This document shows, one piece after another, positions 63,208 through 64,000 of a stretch of DNA of 64,000 nt. Numbering within the stretch: position 1 is the stretch's first letter; the number at the start of each line of letters is the position of its first letter. The stretch comes from Macrostomum hystrix (taxonomy: Eukaryota; Animalia; Platyhelminthes). Under the pieces are notes generated by a model. That model saw only the letters and a program-made list of their open reading frames with translations. It made no database searches and was not told where the DNA came from. The translations under genes were made by a program, and so were the position numbers. The DNA lies in the NCBI GenBank assembly GCA_950097015.1, contig CATNEN010000002.1:8556001-8620000 (forward strand). The letters are read 5' to 3'.

Positions 63208-64000
63208 TACGAGATTGAAAATAAAATGTAATGAAAACTGGACGTCTTTTACGAAAGAAAACTTCAGAGTAATCACTTCAGTAATCAGAAAATAGCTGAT
63301 TAACTGAAGTCGACTGAAAACCAGTGGCGCACAGCTCGCGAAATCAAACATTGTGTCGATGGCTGAAGAGCTTAATGGCGGTTTTACAGTCACAACACAA
63401 GTCCTAAGTAAGATTATCGAGTAGGTGAAAAGGACTTTTATTGTTTGAGCATTGTTGTACTTAAAGCAACAATGCAGGTCAAAGTTGTTCTCTTTCCAAA
63501 GACGAAGATTCTCAAAAGAAGGCCGATTGCAAATAGCAGGTGCAGTTTTTCACAAGTTGCCTAACGGGTGTCAATTCTAGAAATCGATATACAAAAAGGC
63601 GCCTGCAGGAAAAGCGAGTCCGCCGGGGCTTTGCAATGCTTCATCTGTAGAGAGGCGATGACGCAGACAATGGGACACTAGAGGCAGCAGGTAGAAAGCG
63701 GGAGGCAAGTTTTTGTCCGTCCCCTCTGCTACGCTTTGTATATCAGTTTTTTTCCGGCTGAATAGCTTCAGCTTCAGACTTAACTATTGAACTGTTGTCA
63801 ACAGTTGGCTTTCTGAACTGAAAGCTTATCTTAGTATTTTGTAGCTACCAATCTACCAATCTCATAAAATGTCTGGTTCGTGCCATGCTGTTTATGTCCA
63901 GCTCCTCTCTTGCAGGGAGTGAAAGATGTGGGTGGATTTTAGGCGTTGCGTGAGCCATTAAATTGAACTGCAGAGTAAAAAATGTCTTGATGTTCACTAA

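Noticed and set aside
19375-63393. Numerous short ORFs overlapping real exons on other frames or strands
   Set aside because: Expected shadows of GC-rich coding sequence.

Overview
Eukaryotic (metazoan) genomic DNA. GC-rich exons, short spliceosomal introns and a different minisatellite in almost every intron or intergenic gap suggest a free-living flatworm such as Macrostomum; this is an inference and was not tested. Thirteen protein-coding genes were modelled by hand from splice sites and family motifs. On the + strand: FGFR1OP2/SIKE (with a decayed partial duplicate), a type I membrane protein with two PY motifs, and two paralogous secreted proteins. On the - strand: a 14-copy FNGGMF-amide neuropeptide precursor resembling SIFamide, and a run of eight co-oriented housekeeping genes (BtpA-like, GEN1, two p24/TMED paralogs with 7-aa repeat inserts, CNPY3/4, SPATA20, GATC, SUGCT). 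Most of those eight have a 3' splice acceptor just before the ATG, as expected for SL trans-splicing or an operon. Mobile DNA comprises a decayed mariner with both TIRs, an IS630/Tc1-like deletion derivative, a Merlin/ISXO2 relic, a foldback MITE nested in a SINE, and two tRNA-derived SINE families. Most very long ORFs in the track are tandem-repeat artefacts. There are no rRNA genes, true tRNA genes or CRISPR arrays. Family assignments come from recalled motifs; no database search was run.
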